A stretch of DNA of 63,917 nucleotides, counting the filler, from Pirum gemmata (taxonomy: Eukaryota): NCBI GenBank assembly GCA_002812295.1. It is 14 parts of 14 records of this genome, joined end to end, with 100 filler letters (N's around TTAATTAATTAA, not from the genome) between each part and the next. Parts side by side here need not be neighbours in the genome. Positions count along the whole stretch, not along the records: positions 36,115 to 40,474 come from PDIN01001174.1; positions 40,575 to 45,009 come from PDIN01001175.1; positions 45,110 to 49,499 come from PDIN01001176.1; positions 49,600 to 54,841 come from PDIN01001177.1; 10 more parts are not named here. One strand, written 5' to 3'. Every line of letters starts with the position of its first letter. The stretch's first letter is position 1. The notes under the pieces were generated by a model. That model had not been told where the DNA came from and made no database searches. It worked only from the letters and a program-made list of their open reading frames with translations. This document shows, one piece after another, positions 37,621 to 50,163 of the stretch. Position numbers and translations under genes: made by a program.

Positions 37621-38437
37621 CTACTTAGCGTAACTATGATAATATACTTTTTTTTAATTAATTTAAAAAAAAATAATAACATCAACAAACTTTTTGTTCT
37701 TGACTTTTTTATTTTTTATTTTTTTGTGGAAAAATACAGAAAAAATATATACTACACCAATAAAAAGAGGATAAAACTTTTAGCCAACAAAAAGCGGCGA
37801 TCATACGATCGAAAAATTGCAAGAATTTTTCGAATTTTTTTGCCTGAAATGGAACATAACTATAAATAGGAAATACATTACTTAATATATATAAACATCT
37901 TGAATCTTTTTGGGGGTTGTTTTTTTTCTCTTGCAAAATCCTTTTTTTTTTTTNAGTAGTCGTAGTAGTAGTAGTAGTGGTGGTGGTGGTAGTAGTAGTA
38001 GTAGTCCAAGCCGGATAAAAATGGCGGCATCCGCAAAAATCCGAAAAAGCTCAAAAAATCTCAAAAAAATCCAATTTTAATAAAAGTACTACCAAATGTT
38101 GAGAATAGTTTAACTAACTAAAACTCTATTATGAACCAATGGCAAGTTTTTTAAAATAATTTGGCTAGTTTTATAAAAGAAGTCTTAAAAAAAAAAATGA
38201 TTTCTACAGTCCGGATTGGCTGTTAAAAAAAAAAAAAAAAAAATCAATTTTTTTTTTTTTTTTTCTTTAGAAAGACAATTTCTCAATTTTTGGTAGATCC
38301 CCTCAGCAGAGGAGACTTAGTTTACAGCCTTTTACAGCTACTTTTTTTATGATAAAAAAAAAAAATAAAAAAAAATGCTAGGTCTACTTTTATGTACTTG
38401 ATCATTTTGAGATTTTTTGGATTTTTGAGCTCATATA

Positions 38438-38667
38438 CGGTGATGCCAAGGTTCTCCAGACAAAGCACTTTTTCAATGTCTGCCCGATGTCGGACATGTC
38501 CGAAATTTTTACGGACGTCCGGGCAATTGGTCGGTCTGGCCCGAATTTTTTCTCGGACAAAAATCCAAAAACAAAATATCGGGACCCGAAAGCAAAGTTT
38601 TTTCAGGCCCGGACCGGGCGGACTCGGACCAGAAGGAAGGTCGGATCTGAGTCACCTGACATCTCTG
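38438..38667. mobile_element. GC-rich 230-bp hAT-like non-autonomous element nested in a family A MITE
   Basis: Exact 8-bp direct repeat CTCATATA at 38430-38437 and 38668-38675; imperfect TIRs CGGTGATGCCAAG versus CAGAGATGTCAGG (reverse complement of the right end); many internal CGGAC/GTCCG motifs. Confidence 0.75.
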
Positions 38668-41600
38668 CTCATATATAAATATTATGAATACGGAACCAGA
38701 TTTGGGGTTTTCGGAACTTTTCCTATAAATATGGCAGATGTTGCCATTTTTATTCGGCTTGGTATACTTGAGTCTTGATGATACGAATAAAGGGCTAAAT
38801 GAGTGACAAATGCTAAAATTTTAAATTTTATTTTCGAGCAGGGGTTGCAGTCTTGCAGAATTCTATGTTGTTTATCGAGTAAGCATTATATTTAAAAGTC
38901 GATGAATTTTTGTGCTACGATAGTGAACTAAAAAGTAAAGTTGTAGTTAAAATAATTATGTAAAATAGTTAGGTAGTAAATATTAGCAATGGGTCAATTA
39001 CTACAGCCAGGCTTCTACAGCAGTCAGTTAGCAGGCTGTAGACTTCCAGATCCTAATTCCACAGGTACACTAACAAAAAATACACCACGAAATTTATTAA
39101 TATTATTTATATAAAAATGTTGTTAAAATAAATGTGTTTACAAGTGGGTGATTTTTGTGCTACGATAATCATGACCAATGGATCAATATTTATAACTACT
39201 AATCGAACATTACAGCTTCATTCAAATTAGTAACACACAGCACGGTGACAGCAGTCTTTCATGGACTTTATCATTCAAAAGAATCATTAAATTTTATCAT
39301 ATAATAAATAAAAGAAAACTAAACCCCAAAAATTTAATTTCAAATTTAGTCCATTTTTGGAGTTTTTTGGAGCAGTTGGTTTAGGCTATATCCTATCAAA
39401 TTTTACTTTTTTTTTTATAAAAAAAATCTGTAGCTATCATACTAAAAAAACAAAAAACAAAAAAAAACAAAAAAAAGGCCAAATTTTTTGAAATGGAGTG
39501 AAATGGTCTGTTTATATAAAAATTTTAATCTAATGCTGAATCGCATGCTTTCTAAAGAGGCTTGAAGAGACTCTTGACTTTGAAATATTCAATATACAAT
39601 AATTGGAAAATATAAACAATTGAAAAGGGGGCATTCAGCGACCCAGGACATCCAGCGACCCCTTGGGCACCCAGAGACCACCTTAGGGAATATTCATAAA
39701 GGACGTCACTTAGTCTTTGATACAAGTCATTGCTCGAATGAGTAACTTTTAAAAACTGTTTAAGGCAGAAATTAATTATTAAAATGAACTTTAAAATTAT
39801 GACCAAAAGTGTTTTGGACAAAGAGCATAGGTAAGATTAGGTGACATCCTTTTTGGATGATTCCTTATAATAATATATATATTATATGGACTGCAAAAGT
39901 AGTGCAAATGACCAAGTCTCTGACATAGTAGTCGACCTGCTAATCTTTATTTTTTAAAAAATTATTTAACTATCATAGCAGTAGCTCTAGCTAGTAGCTA
40001 ACTAGCTAGTAGCTACTAGCTAGACAATCGTGTCCAAATACAGCTTCAAATACCCCTACCTACCTACCCCTTGACGTTAATTTCTAGTCAAATACCGCCT
40101 ACCTACCTACCCCTTGACGTGACGTATTATTTGAACGATCCCTATCGTGTTGCAGTGTGTTGTCCAGTTCTTGAAAAAACTAAAATAAATATACCAAATT
40201 ATTATTATGATGGTTCAATCAGAAATGCTTTAATTAATTTGGTATGTTATACTTAACTTTTTATTTTATAAACAAGTTCAATTATACACGTAAACAGCAC
40301 CAAATTAAAGATACAAATTTATGGCACTGTCCCACCACCCTGAGACCCTCTGAGACCTAGTCTGCAGAGTAGCTGTACCGGTACTATACGTATTAGTCTA
40401 CAATAAATAAAGTTGATGAATTGTTTTTATGAATCGGTTTAGTTTAGAGTTAATAATAATAATAATAATAATAANNNNNNNNNNNNNNNNNNNNNNNNNN
40501 NNNNNNNNNNNNNNNNNNTTAATTAATTAANNNNNNNNNNNNNNNNNNNNNNNNNNNNNNNNNNNNNNNNNNNNAACTTTTATTCTTATTATTTTATTTT
40601 CTTTATTTATTATTAATTATTTATAATCACCTGGTAAAAGCCCGAAGCTTCATACAAAAATGACCTCAAAAAATCTCTTACGACAGAGATGCTGCCACTA
40701 CCTGGGCTGTGATTGTTGGATCGGTCTTTTCTATCATTATAACGTTCACTTCGCTGTTGGTTTCTAAGTCTTGATCTACAAGCTGTATAATCCGGAAACA
40801 GTAGTAATTATTATTATTATTATTATTATTATTATTTAATTTTAAGGTAAAGCCAAACTTTTACAAGAAGCGGTAAAGATTAAACAAAAGAAAATGGAGT
40901 TGGAAAGCAAATCAAAAGCGAATCAATCTAATAATGATAATATGAACAATAATAAAAGCGAAATTATTTCCAGCAATAACGCTAGTAATAATTATTATAT
41001 AATAATAATGCTATTAGTAATAGTAATAGTGATAGTGATGGCAATGGTAATACTATCGATAATAGTAATAGTTAAAAAAGGTTCAAAAATAGTGGTTTAA
41101 CGAAAAAATCAAGAAATAAAAGGAAAAAAGTGAAGAATTAACAAAAAAAAAGCTAACAAACAAAGAAACAAACAAAGAAACAAAGAAAAAACAAAAAAAA
41201 AAAGAACTGAACTAAGAACTGGACAAACCATCGAATTTGAAATTTTTGAAATTTTTCGATCTAATTTTTTTTTAAGTGTCGAGTCTGTCGACTAATTTTT
41301 GATTTCAGTAAAACTCTTTTAAAATTAAAAATTCCTTGAAATTTCATAAAAAAAACTTGAAATTCGAAATAAAAAGAAGATTATTTCAAATATAATAATC
41401 GGGATCGAGCTGTTTGATTCGATTATGTTTTTCCATAATCTCTCTGGTCATATTTCCGATATAGTTTTATTTTTTATCTAATGTTTTATGAAAGAGTTAT
41501 TTCATAATGTTGACCTTTGTGGCATATTTTGTTGTGTTGTAAGTTGACTTTTTAACCTAGCTCAAGTAAATACTGTAAAACAGTGTATTATATATAATAC

Positions 41601-41949
41601 ATCATTATTAATAATATGTATTATTAATTAAGTATATATTAGCTTATATGGGTATGACATTGTAGAGAGTAATATAAATGTCCTACTGTCTCTATCCACC
41701 ACCACCGTCATCAACCATCACCATCATGTTCTAGACAATGATTTTAAGTTATTTACACAATATTATTATTTGAAATTTTATGTATTTGGTTGATGCTTTG
41801 TAATATTAATAATAGAGCTATAATAGTGTTATTTTATTGTTTCGGGTAGTATGCAGTAAATGATAATGATAATGTTAAAACATTATATCTAATATTAATA
41901 TAATGTTATTATACAAAAAATATATATTAATATTAATATTATTAATAAT

Positions 41950-41991
<42 letters not shown>

Positions 41992-42130
41992 GTAAACTTG
42001 ATAATATTTGAATAGCGCGTAATAATTAAAAATATTTTCGAATCTATATATTATTTATAAATCAAACGATATTCTACTATTAATTTTGATGATAATGACA
42101 AGTATTAATAAATCAATCAATAAACCTTTG

Positions 42131-42174
<44 letters not shown>

Positions 42175-42355
42175 TAAAAAAAAAAGAATCAAATGTTACT
42201 TTGTCGCTAGGGATCACTTTATTTAAATATACCCCTTTTTCTAGCTATAGATTTCCATTAGATTGTAATATGAAGGCTTACAATTTTCATCTGCTAAGGT
42301 CAGTTGGTGGGGAAAGGGTCTGCGGTGTTTTTAGTATTTATAAAATGTTAGGAGT

Positions 42356-43942
42356 CTATTTTTCTATAGCAAGGACAACAACTTCCAATGGTTTCAATTG
42401 AACGTTATAAACACCATTGCTTGGGTATACAGTTTCTTCTGCTCTTTGTCCTTGTGGTAGACCACGTTTAGTGTTTCGAAATGTTTGTCCATTAATATTA
42501 ATATTTTTTGTTTCGTAAAGGCTATTACCAGATGCTTGCATACGTGTTATGGAAGCGGGTTTATAATACTCATTATTTACAAAGGAAAGAGAATAATCAA
42601 TGTTGTTAGAAGTTCCAGCATAATTAGGATCTTTCAGAAAAAATACAACGTTAATCTTTCCAGTGTCAACATTTTGTAAAGCGTAAGATTTTATATAAAG
42701 CTCTTCGGAATAATAATTTGATGTTTGTCTATTTAAATCAGGACGAAAGGCTATGATATCATCGTTGTCATCATCATCTCTGACTTTTACATTACTTAAA
42801 ATTTGAGCAAACAACCATTGCGCATAAAAAAGTGGTTGTACGGAAACATCACCATTTTGCTTATCCACTTTAAAAGAAGCATAGTCTTTGTTATAAGAGG
42901 AATGAATTAAACCTCCTTGTACCCCTCTTACTGCATTTTCGAATAATTGATCAAAAGCCCAAATAGCAACGCCATAAGTATTACTCTGTCCATCTTTTCC
43001 CCCACAAGAAAATGCATTACCTTCACTCCAAACCAATTCTTTATTAATAGATTTTAACTGTGGTACTAAATCATCCAACCATTTATAATGGCCTTCAGCC
43101 GGATCTGGATCTCTCATTAACGTTTCTACGTTAGTTTTTGAAGAACACCCCGATTGTCCATAACGATGGTATCCGATAGAGTGTACGTAAGATGGGGTGT
43201 TTTTAGCGAAAGTGAAAAAATCATCAATCCAACAATGACCTTTTTGCCTAGCTTGAGGCCAAGTATTGCAACCCGCAAAAGCGGGTCCGGTTACACGAAG
43301 CTCGTTATTATTGACATCATTACTAGTATACAAAGCGTCAAGTATTTGTTTGTATTCATAAAAATAATCCTCGTAAGTGTAAGGTTTGGAACGAATTTTT
43401 TTCTTTTCAATCGCAAAATGATCAGGTTCGTTACCTATTTCTATAGATAACAAATATCGCTGTTCAACGTATTTTAAAATGCCATCACGGATAAATTCTA
43501 CAGTGTAATCAGGATTTTCACTTAACATTGGGGCTCCTACAATAACTTTCATATTTGTTTTACGCGCTATTTCGTTCATTAAATAAAAATATTCAGGGGT
43601 TACCTCTACCTTTCGACTATTTTCATATTGAGGAAGATAAGGTAAAGTAGATTCTTTTAAAAAGGCGTAAGAACCCGAATTACCGTTAATTGCTATTCTA
43701 CCTTGCTTGAAATGCGACATAATATTAACTACTTTGGAGTTAATAGAAAAATCATCGAAAGCAAAATTTTCTTTCATACGATTCCATTCTATTGCTAACC
43801 CTTGGAAGTTTTTGGGTATGGTGTTTATATCTTTGTTGTTATAATTAGTGTTGATGCTATAATCAAAATTTAAACCGTGTACAAATACATGGTTATTAAT
43901 AAGCGTTAATGTTAAGAAGGAGGTAATTAGTTGTGTATTCAT
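42356..43942 (-). CDS. Secreted glycoside hydrolase family 79 (beta-glucuronidase/heparanase-like), single exon, 528 aa
   Basis: Signal peptide; FQGLAIE; SIEIGNEPD (acid/base); GPAFAG; YHRY; LVWSEGN..SCGG..G.SNTYGVAIWAFD (nucleophile and GH79 signature); VQPLFY and a C-terminal beta-sandwich region. Confidence 0.9.
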   Translation of the reverse strand: MNTQLITSFLTLTLINNHVFVHGLNFDYSINTNYNNKDINTIPKNFQGLAIEWNRMKENFAFDDFSINSKVVNIMSHFKQGRIAINGNSGSYAFLKESTLPYLPQYENSRKVEVTPEYFYLMNEIARKTNMKVIVGAPMLSENPDYTVEFIRDGILKYVEQRYLLSIEIGNEPDHFAIEKKKIRSKPYTYEDYFYEYKQILDALYTSNDVNNNELRVTGPAFAGCNTWPQARQKGHCWIDDFFTFAKNTPSYVHSIGYHRYGQSGCSSKTNVETLMRDPDPAEGHYKWLDDLVPQLKSINKELVWSEGNAFSCGGKDGQSNTYGVAIWAFDQLFENAVRGVQGGLIHSSYNKDYASFKVDKQNGDVSVQPLFYAQWLFAQILSNVKVRDDDDNDDIIAFRPDLNRQTSNYYSEELYIKSYALQNVDTGKINVVFFLKDPNYAGTSNNIDYSLSFVNNEYYKPASITRMQASGNSLYETKNININGQTFRNTKRGLPQGQRAEETVYPSNGVYNVQLKPLEVVVLAIEK

Positions 43943-44265
43943 GATTCATTAAAATATAAATGTTCGTTTTTACTATAATTATTTTTAAAAATGAATTTTT
44001 TTAATTTTTTATTTTTTATTTTCAATTTTTAATTTTATTGTTATACTTTTATACTTTTATTATTATGAACACTATAAATATTATATGCGTGCTAAACTTT
44101 TTTTACAATAAATAATAATAATAATAATAATATTTTGTTTTTGTGTTTGTAACAAGTTTATTATTTTTTAACAAAATAAATGAAAAGCACAAAACTTTAT
44201 AAATTTAAAATTATATTATATAGGTTATATTATAATACAGTATAATACTATACAATACAAGATGA

Positions 44266-44440
44266 AGTTTCAAATTTAGTAAATAAATCCGAAGTGGTGT
44301 AAAAATTAATCCTGTGTAAATTTGTAACATTATAAAATTTTTAAAAAATATATTATTTCAAATTTAGTAAATAAATCCGAAGTGGTGTATTAATAGAAAT
44401 CCTGTGTAAATTTGTAACATTTTAAAAAATTTTTTTTTAA
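44266..44440 (+). repeat. Tandem duplication, 2 x about 89 bp
   Basis: tttcaaatttagtaaataaatccgaagtggtgt...aatcctgtgtaaatttgtaacatt occurs twice. Confidence 0.85.
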
Positions 44441-45138
44441 AAATATAAATATTTGTTATGATACAGACCTATATAGCTATACTTCGACCGGTGGATTGGT
44501 TGCTGGTAGAGTATTCATATAAACATACAACGAACCATATATATAGCTAATTAGCCTAATTAGCTATTTATTCAATTCCAAAACAGCAATACATTACTAA
44601 AACAGTCCAAAAGTAGGTTTTTAAAAAAAAAAAAAAAAAAAAATACAGCTCGAACTTTCGATAGTGTGACAGAAATGATTCGATGTCGGATTTTTCCGAA
44701 TTATTCAGTCGAGCCTTGCATCTCTGCGTATGATATAGTATGATAGCAAAAACTATATCAAAAAGCAAGGACTTCAAAAAAAGAACCTTTTTTTGAAGTC
44801 CTTTCAAAAAGGCAAAAAAGCAGAATCTTCATTCAATATACCTTATATAGTTTAATATACCAGTAAATGATTTAGGGTTTCCTAAATTGGCATTTATACA
44901 TGATTTTTCAAAAAAAAAAAAAATATTCATGTCCTAGAATTAATCATTTTTTTAAATTTTTATTGGGTTATTTAAAATTAATTGTGGTGTTTTTGGTTAT
45001 TATTATTTTNNNNNNNNNNNNNNNNNNNNNNNNNNNNNNNNNNNNNNNNNNNNTTAATTAATTAANNNNNNNNNNNNNNNNNNNNNNNNNNNNNNNNNNN
45101 NNNNNNNNNATAATAATAATAATAATAAAATACTCTAG

Positions 45139-45419
45139 GGGGGGCAAACGATTATTGCATTGACCAGAAAACTTGTTTCTTGATGGACACCATGAACATG
45201 ATTCCTAATAAGGAAAATGAGGTGCAAAATAAGATAAACCAATTGTTCTTGGAAATGAAAATGATAATAGAAACTGCGCCAATTAAAACCATGAAAAACG
45301 AGGCTTACACTCATTCAAAACGATATAGCATTCAATCACAAGCACAAGATGTGATAAAAGCTTTTACTGAATATTCTAAAAGAATAAATAATCCTATCAT
45401 ACAAACAAAAACCACTTAA
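45139..45419 (+). CDS. Probable terminal exon of an unknown protein
   Basis: Acceptor ctctag| after an (AAT)n tract; open frame ...ANDYCIDQKTCFLMDTMNMIPNKENEVQNKINQLFLEM...; no recognised domain. Confidence 0.4.
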
Positions 45420-45434
45420 TTGAATAACGGTTCC

Positions 45435-46345
45435 AGCTCGAAGTTTACTTTTTTTTTAAACCCAACCGAGTATTTCAGTTCAAAGTTGGTTCTTTTTCAA
45501 ATCAACCCCTCTTAATGAAGAAAGACTTAAGCTCGAAGTTTGCTCTTTTTCAAACTAGCCCCTTCTAATGAAACACGATTTGAGTTCGAAGTTTGCTCTT
45601 TTTCGAGGGGTATAATTAAACTAGTAAGCTTGGTTTAAGTAAGGTTGGAGGAGGGGGAAGGGGCATTAGTATTGCTCTTTTTCAAACCAAACCCTCTTAA
45701 TGAAGAATGATATAATCTCGAAGTTTGCTCTTTTTCCAAATCAACCGTTTTTACTGAAACAAGATTGAGCTCAAAAATTTGCTTTTTTCAAGGGGTATAC
45801 TTAAACGTAAGCTTGGTTTAAGTAAGATCGGGGGAGGGGTAGCCTTGCTCCTTTTCAAACCAACCCCCCTTAATGAAGAAGATATAAGCTCGAATTTTGT
45901 TCTTTTTCAAACCAACCCCTTTGAATGAAACAAGATTTGAGCTCGAAGTTTGATTTTTTTTAAGGGTATAATTAAACTTGTATGGGGGGGGGGGTAGCCT
46001 TCCATCTTTTCAAACCGACCCCTCTTATCGAAGAAAGATTTAAGCTCGAACTTTTTTTCTTTTTCAAACCAACCCCTTTTAAAGAAACAAGAATTGAGCT
46101 CGAAGTTTGGTTTTTTTTAATGGGTATAATTAAACTAGTAAGTTTGGTTTAAAAGTAAGGTTAGGGGGGTTCAAACCAAAACCTTGTAGTGAAGAAAGAT
46201 TTAAACTCTAACTTTTGTTCTTTTTCAAACCAACCCCTTTTAAAGAAACAAGAACAAGATTTGAGCTCGAAGTTTGCTTTTTTTCAATGGATAGAATTAA
46301 ACTAGAGTAAGCTCAGTTTAAGTAAGGTCGGGGGAGAGGGGAAGA
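45435..46345 (+). repeat. Higher-order tandem array: about 5 units of 155-185 bp, each with two roughly 54-bp subunits plus a G-rich spacer
   Basis: The subunit core CTTTTTCAAACCAACCCCT...GAA..AAGAT.T.AGCTCGAAGTTTG repeats about 10 times; every second subunit is followed by GGGTATAATTAAACTAGTAAG...GGGGAGGGG. Confidence 0.88.
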
Positions 46346-47265
46346 GGGGGAGAGGTGTGTGACATGGTGTTATAATTAGTGGATAGTACCCTTTTCTGTT
46401 TAGAGTTTGTTTTCATTATGTAATAACATGGGTAATAGTGAGTTTTTTAATAATAGCAAAACTTATATTGAAAAAAAAAGTCGGAGGTGTCTAGTAGTAG
46501 TAGCTTTAATGCCTAGCTAGTATCAGATAATATCGTGTTTTTCAATAGTGCTGTCCAGTTCAAAAACTGAAATAAACGTACCCAATTGTTATTATGGTTA
46601 AACTATCAGGCATGTTTTAATTAATTTGGTATTTTATACATAGTATTTTATTTTATAAAAAAGTTCAATTATACACTTAAACAAGTACCAAATTAAAGAT
46701 TGAGAGGGTAACTAATGAAATTAACGATAGTAGCTTTAGTGCCCAGCTAGCTAGTAGTAGTGCTTTACTTGTTTTTAATTATGTTTATAGTAAAAAATCT
46801 ACCCTCTCAGATTTTACTCAAGGAAATTTGTATTAATTGATTCTTTGTTATTTTATAATTAATAAATATGTTTATTTTTTTAAAAAAATTTCTTACATTC
46901 TTATGAAACTAACGAGAAGGTCATATTACGCAGTTGAGAAAACATTTCGATGTATCATATCGGTAGTAACAAATTAAAGGTATGGAGAATTAGTACAACA
47001 TAGTATTCAGCGTTAGGGTTAAGGTTAGGGGTTAAAGGTTAGGATGTAGTTAGGGATTAGGGGTTAGGGGTTGTGGGATTATAGGGATTAGGGGTTGGGG
47101 TTGGGGTTAGGCTTAGGCTTAGAGCTTGTGGTTGGGTTTAGGGTAAGGATAAAATCTTTCTTTTTTCCTTTTTCAAGAATATTTTAAGTATTCCATTCGT
47201 CAGCTAATTCAGTTGATATATTGGCTTTAGTTAATTGATCAAGATGATGGTGATGATGATGATGG

Positions 47266-47324
<59 letters not shown>

Positions 47325-47503
47325 ATGATGATGATTATTCTGAGGATAATGATGATGATGATGATGATAATGATGATGATGATGATAATGATGAGGATAA
47401 TGATGATGATGATGATGATGATAATTCTGAGGATAATGATGATGATGATGATGATGATAATTCTGAGGATGGCGATAATAATAATAATAATAATAATAAT
47501 ATA

Positions 47504-47535
<32 letters not shown>

Positions 47536-47972
47536 TGATAATGATAATAATAATAATGATGATGATTCTGGGGGGAGGGGACTGTAATTTATATATCAGT
47601 ATTGTAATAAGTATTAATTTATTAATATATACTATAATAAAATTATATTAATACAACCAAACAAATATACAGCAGTACGATTATATATATAATATTATAT
47701 AACATGTATAATATAACAATATAACAATATAACAATATAATTATAACAATATAATAGGATATAATATAGCAATACAACAATATTACTTATAATATAACAA
47801 CATTAATTATAACATTATAACAATATAACAATACAATAATTCGATATAATACTACAACGTTAACAATACAACAATACAACATTAATACTAATTATAACCA
47901 ACAATACAACAATACAACAATACAACAATACAACAATACAACAATACAACAATACAACAATACAACAATAAA

Positions 47973-48242
47973 ACCCTAACCCTAACCCTCACTCAACGCT
48001 AATAGTCCTAACATGAGACCTATCACGTTGGTCTCACTAAAGCCCTAACCCAACCTTAATTAACCCCTAATCTAACCCTTCTCTAACCCCCCTAACCCCC
48101 TGACCCTAACCCTAAACCTAACCCTAACTCAACCCTAACCTAACCCGAGTAACCTAACCCTAACTCAACCCTTACCTAACCCTAACCCTATTAACCCTAA
48201 CCCTAACCCTAACCCTAACCCTAACTAACCCTAACCCTAACC
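47973..48242 (+). repeat. Degenerate (CCCTAA)n array; opposite-strand (TTAGGG)n patches at 47013-47145 and 49147-49265
   Basis: Direct reading. Confidence 0.85.
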
Positions 48243-48313
48243 ATAGACTAGTCTAAAACGCTATCGATATCATATGATTCATATCATAAAAAAATAATCG
48301 TGCACTAGCTTAG

Positions 48314-48430
48314 CAGATAAGAAAGAGCACTAGATAAAAAAGAGCACTAGATAAAAAAGAGCACTAGATAAAAAAGAGCACTAGATAAAAAAGAGCACTA
48401 GATAAAAAAGAGCACTAGATAAAAAAGAGC
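48314..48430 (+). repeat. Minisatellite, about 7 x 17 bp (TAGATAAAAAAGAGCAC)
   Basis: Near-perfect tandem units with no spacers. Confidence 0.92.
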
Positions 48431-49856
48431 AGCTTTGACTCCGTCTCACCAGGTAGACGAGAGCTAGTCTCTACTAGCTAGTAGACCCGTTAAAACAGTA
48501 GACTAACGGGGGTCTACTAGCTAGCTAGCTAGGCTATCAAATAGTCTACTAGCTAGACTAGAGTAGGGTCTATTAGCTACCGATATCTAGCTACTGTAGC
48601 TACTGCTAGCTATCATAGCTTTTTTTTTTTATTTTTTTCTTTTTGTTTTTGTTTTTGTCTTTGGTTAGCTAGGACTAGCTAGTAGTCTTTAAAACTCTTT
48701 ATCATACATTATTATTATCATATTATTTTTTTTTTTAACTAACAAGCCGGATAAAAATGGAGACATCCGCCGCCATATGACTGCCATATGAACTCAAAAA
48801 TCCAAAATATATAAAAAGGGATACTACCAAATTTTAATAAATCGTCTAAGAAAACTCTATTATGAATCAATGGCAAGTTTTTAAAAATAATTTGGCTAGT
48901 TATAATTGAAGTTTTTAGAAAAGAAGTCTGAAAAAAAATGATTTCTACAGTTTTATCCGGCTTGGCTGTTTAAAAAAAAAAAAATACCGGTAGACTAATA
49001 AGAAAATAAAAATGAGAAGAAATTTTTTTAAAATATGCGCTAAGAAATATGCGCCAAAGAAGAGCGAATTGGTTAGCTATAGGGTTGGGGTACTGTTGGC
49101 TAGCTAGCTAGGTACTGTTGGGGTACTGCTAGCTAGGGTTACTCAGGGTTAGGGGTTAGGGTTAGGGTTAGGGTTGGGTTGTTTAGGGGTTAGGGTTAGG
49201 GTTAGGGTTTTGGTTAGGGTTCAGGTTGGTAGGGCTGGTTGGTAGGGTTGTTTAGTTAGGGTTGGGAGCTCTGGTTTGGAGGAAATACTTATAAAAAAAA
49301 TTAATGCGAAAAATAGTCAAAAATGCGAAAATCTACCGCATATATTAAACTTTTTATCTGTATCATATCTTTTTAAAATTTTTTTTTAATTTTCATAATA
49401 TTATTATTTATCAGATAGGCTATTATTGTTATTTATTATTACTATTTATTATCATATTATTATTTATTATTATTATTTATTATTATTTATTATTTATTAN
49501 NNNNNNNNNNNNNNNNNNNNNNNNNNNNNNNNNNNNNNNNNNNTTAATTAATTAANNNNNNNNNNNNNNNNNNNNNNNNNNNNNNNNNNNNNNNNNNNNT
49601 TATTGTTTATTGTTATTGTTTATTGTTTATTGTTTATTGTTTATTGTTTATTGTTTATTGTTTATCGCTTATTGTTTATTGTTTTTTGTTTATTGTTTAT
49701 TGGCAAAAGTAGATGCGCTTGACTAATGGCATTTATTACCACTTTCGTGTTCCACCCACACGCAAACACTGATAATTGTAGTTTTTCCTTATTATTATTA
49801 ATATTTATTTATTCATTTATTTATTTATTTATTTATTTATTTATTATTTATTTATT

Positions 49857-49900
<44 letters not shown>

Positions 49901-50163
49901 CATTAATTTTTAATTGTAAAAACTTTGAAACCAGATAGGAAAAAAAAAAATACTAACTTTTTTTTTCGTATAAAAAGAAACAGTTAATCTTAAAAAAAGC
50001 AAGAAATTAAATTAAATTAAAAAAAAAAAACTTCAATAATAAATAATAGTTTTTCGTATATTTATATTTTTTTAACAAACAAACGAACAAAAAAACAGTT
50101 ACATTTCTAACTTCCTTTCATTCTTGAGCTTATAATTTATAACAACAAAATTTTTTTGCAAAA

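Noticed and set aside
38392..38778. 128-aa GC-rich ORF
   Set aside because: It spans a MITE and its nested insertion, has no protein motif, and is open by chance in GC-rich repeat DNA.
40640..41140. Possible 3' exons of a membrane protein (RDAATTWAVIVGSVFSIIITF...; KAKLLQEAVKIKQKKMELE...)
   Set aside because: All frames contain stops and I could not build a consistent splice model; it may be a pseudogene fragment but is unsupported.
45435..46345. CRISPR-like reading of the repeat array (also 48314-48430)
   Set aside because: The sequences between repeat cores are themselves homologous rather than unique spacers, no cas genes are present, and the context is eukaryotic.
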